A DNA stretch of 49,198 bases, taken from IMG/VR virus record IMGVR_UViG_3300025247_000004, positions 1 through 49,198 of that record, one strand, 5' to 3'. Below, piece by piece: positions 47,490 through 49,198 of this stretch; positions within the stretch are counted from its first letter, which is position 1, and every line of letters starts with the position of its first letter. A program made the translations under genes and the position numbers. The notes beneath the pieces were generated by a model. That model had not been told where the DNA came from. It saw nothing but the letters and a program-made list of their open reading frames with translations, and made no database searches. Source of the DNA: a virus. Taxonomy: Duplodnaviria; Caudoviricetes.

Positions 47490-48575
47490 ATGGAAACAGT
47501 GGAAAAAACACAATTAACAACAGTAGTAGAGGAATCTGGAATCGAAAAATCCAAAGGAGAGATTATATCCAACACTCTTGGAAAGTTTTTTGAGAAGGCC
47601 ACAGAATGGAACGACACAATCGAGGCATTACAGATAAATGATGTTTCAGAGGTGGGTAAAATGAAAATGGCCAGAGAGGGTAGGTTAACTCTAAAGAACC
47701 AAAGAATATCATGTAAAAAAATAGTTGACGAAAAACGTCAAGAGGTCAAGGCTAAGATGGCGGATTATGTCTTAGAGGATAAACTATGGTTAAAATCATT
47801 CCAAATGATTGAGGCCACTTACAAGAACCTTGAAACCAAACTAGAGGAAAAAGAAAAGTACGCGGAGAGAAAGGAGCGTGAAAGACTTGATGTTATTGAA
47901 AGGGATAGAATCAATCAACTTATACCATTTAACGAGTTCTGTCATATAGAGGCTTTGGATTTAAGGGGTATGGACGATGAATCTTTTGAAAGAGAGCTTG
48001 CAAAGGCAAAGAAACTCTTTGATCTGGATAAAGCTGAAAGGGAGAGAATCGAAAAAGAACGCATTGCAAAAGAAAAGGCGGAGGCAGAAGAGCGTGAGCG
48101 TATCAGAAAGGAGAATGAGCGATTGAAAAAAGAGGCAGAGGAAAAAGAAAGGCTTGCTAAAATAGAGGAAGAAAAAAGGATTAAGGATGAGAATGAACGA
48201 AAAGCAAAGGAAGAAGCTGAAAGAAAAAAGCGTGAGGCCGAAGAAGCTAAAAAACGTGCTGAATACGAAGCTAAAATTAAAAAGGAGCGTGAAGAGAAAG
48301 CAAAAATAGAAGCTGAATTAAAAAAGAAGCGTGAAGCTGAAGAGGCTGAAAAGCAAAGAATTGAAAATGAAAAGAAAGCTATTGAAGAAGCTAACAGAAA
48401 AGCTGCTTTAGCACCTCAAAAAGAAAAAATAACCAATTGGGTCAACTCTTTTGAGCTACCATCATTGGAAACAACCAATATGGATGCTAACGCAAAAAAC
48501 AACATCAAAGAGATTGCTGAAAAATTCGACGCCTTTAAAAAATGGGCCGTACAGCAAACTAAAAATATTAAGTAA
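47490..48575 (+). CDS. Coiled-coil E/K/R-rich phage protein
   Basis: Long charged heptad region. Confidence 0.8.
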   Translation: METVEKTQLTTVVEESGIEKSKGEIISNTLGKFFEKATEWNDTIEALQINDVSEVGKMKMAREGRLTLKNQRISCKKIVDEKRQEVKAKMADYVLEDKLWLKSFQMIEATYKNLETKLEEKEKYAERKERERLDVIERDRINQLIPFNEFCHIEALDLRGMDDESFERELAKAKKLFDLDKAERERIEKERIAKEKAEAEERERIRKENERLKKEAEEKERLAKIEEEKRIKDENERKAKEEAERKKREAEEAKKRAEYEAKIKKEREEKAKIEAELKKKREAEEAEKQRIENEKKAIEEANRKAALAPQKEKITNWVNSFELPSLETTNMDANAKNNIKEIAEKFDAFKKWAVQQTKNIK

Positions 48576-48577
48576 TC

Positions 48578-48814
48578 ATGGAAGCAATAAGATACTTCAA
48601 CGAAAAAATAGAGGAACTGCAAGAGGACATCGAATACTATAAAGAAAGTATAGATGCCCAGAAAAGAACGGTCAACGCCTCTAACGGGCATATCAAGATT
48701 TTCTATATCAAGGCATTAGAAAAGAATGTAAATGAGTGCTACGAGCAGATAGGGTTTTACCGTCAGGCCATCAATGCGTTGGCCGGGCAGAACCAAATAG
48801 CTGAAGTGGCATAA
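48578..48814 (+). CDS. Hypothetical coiled-coil protein
   Basis: ORF in early operon. Confidence 0.6.
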   Translation: MEAIRYFNEKIEELQEDIEYYKESIDAQKRTVNASNGHIKIFYIKALEKNVNECYEQIGFYRQAINALAGQNQIAEVA

Positions 48815-48826
48815 AAACTAAACACT

Positions 48827-49198
48827 ATGAAAACTAAAATACAGATAAAAACAGTATTTGGCAAATTGCTTTTTGAACACGAATCAGAGAACAACTCCAC
48901 TAAAAAAACATTGGAGCAAGCCAGAAAAGAAGGGGCAAACCTACAAGGGGCATACCTACAATGGGCAAACCTACAAGGGGCAGACCTACAATGGGCAAAC
49001 CTACAAGGGGCAGACCTACAATGGGCAAACCTACAAGGGGCAGACCTACAATGGGCAAACCTACAAGGGGCAGACCTACAAGGGGCAAACCTACAAGGGG
49101 CAGACCTACAAGGGGCAAACCTACAAGGGGCAGACCTACAAGGGGCAAACCTACAATGGGCAAACCTACAAGGGGCAAACCTACAATGGGCAAACCTA
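48827..49198 (+). CDS. Pentapeptide-repeat protein, N-terminal part (continues across the contig ends)
   Basis: ATG at 48827 gives MKTKIQIKTVFGKLLFEHESENNSTKKTLEQARKEG followed by A(N/D/Y)LQ(G/W) repeats, open to the end; missed by the ORF track. Confidence 0.9.
   Translation, partial: MKTKIQIKTVFGKLLFEHESENNSTKKTLEQARKEGANLQGAYLQWANLQGADLQWANLQGADLQWANLQGADLQWANLQGADLQGANLQGADLQGANLQGADLQGANLQWANLQGANLQWANL
48935..49198 (+). repeat. 15-bp tandem repeat GCA(A/G)ACCTACAA(G/T)GG
   Basis: Directly visible; the same unit occurs at 1-173. Confidence 0.95.

Noticed and set aside
48900-49193. Minus-strand ORF of (LVGLP)n repeats
   Set aside because: Shadow frame of the plus-strand pentapeptide gene

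Overview
The window looks like a near-complete, probably circular, ~49 kb temperate tailed phage (siphovirus-like) of a Bacteroidota host, most likely Flavobacteriaceae. Host evidence: TAnnTTTG-type promoters, Sec signal peptides ending ...GQ, many lipoproteins and a tRNA-Leu-like attP core. The contig is broken inside a 15-bp pentapeptide-repeat gene that runs from 48827 across the ends to 413. Layout: rightward early/replication-recombination genes (47.1 kb through the ends to 8.4 kb); xis, a tyrosine integrase and attP (8.1-9.8 kb); a long leftward late region with lysis, signal-peptide-bearing fibre/lyase-like genes, tail, tape measure, an initiator tRNA-Met, capsid, portal and terminase (10.9-38.4 kb); a leftward accessory arm (38.4-44.5 kb); and a control region with structured non-coding RNA and a short HTH repressor lacking a peptidase domain (44.1-47.1 kb). 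The best candidate for a new system is a three-gene operon convergent on the repressor, two of whose genes are absent from the ORF track: a 50-aa lipoprotein/peptide precursor, a ~4-TM membrane protein and a 59-aa charged protein. This may be a peptide signalling or lysis-lysogeny module. A second candidate is a trio of tail-fibre/lyase-like late proteins that all carry Sec signal peptides. All calls come from motif reading only; no searches were run.
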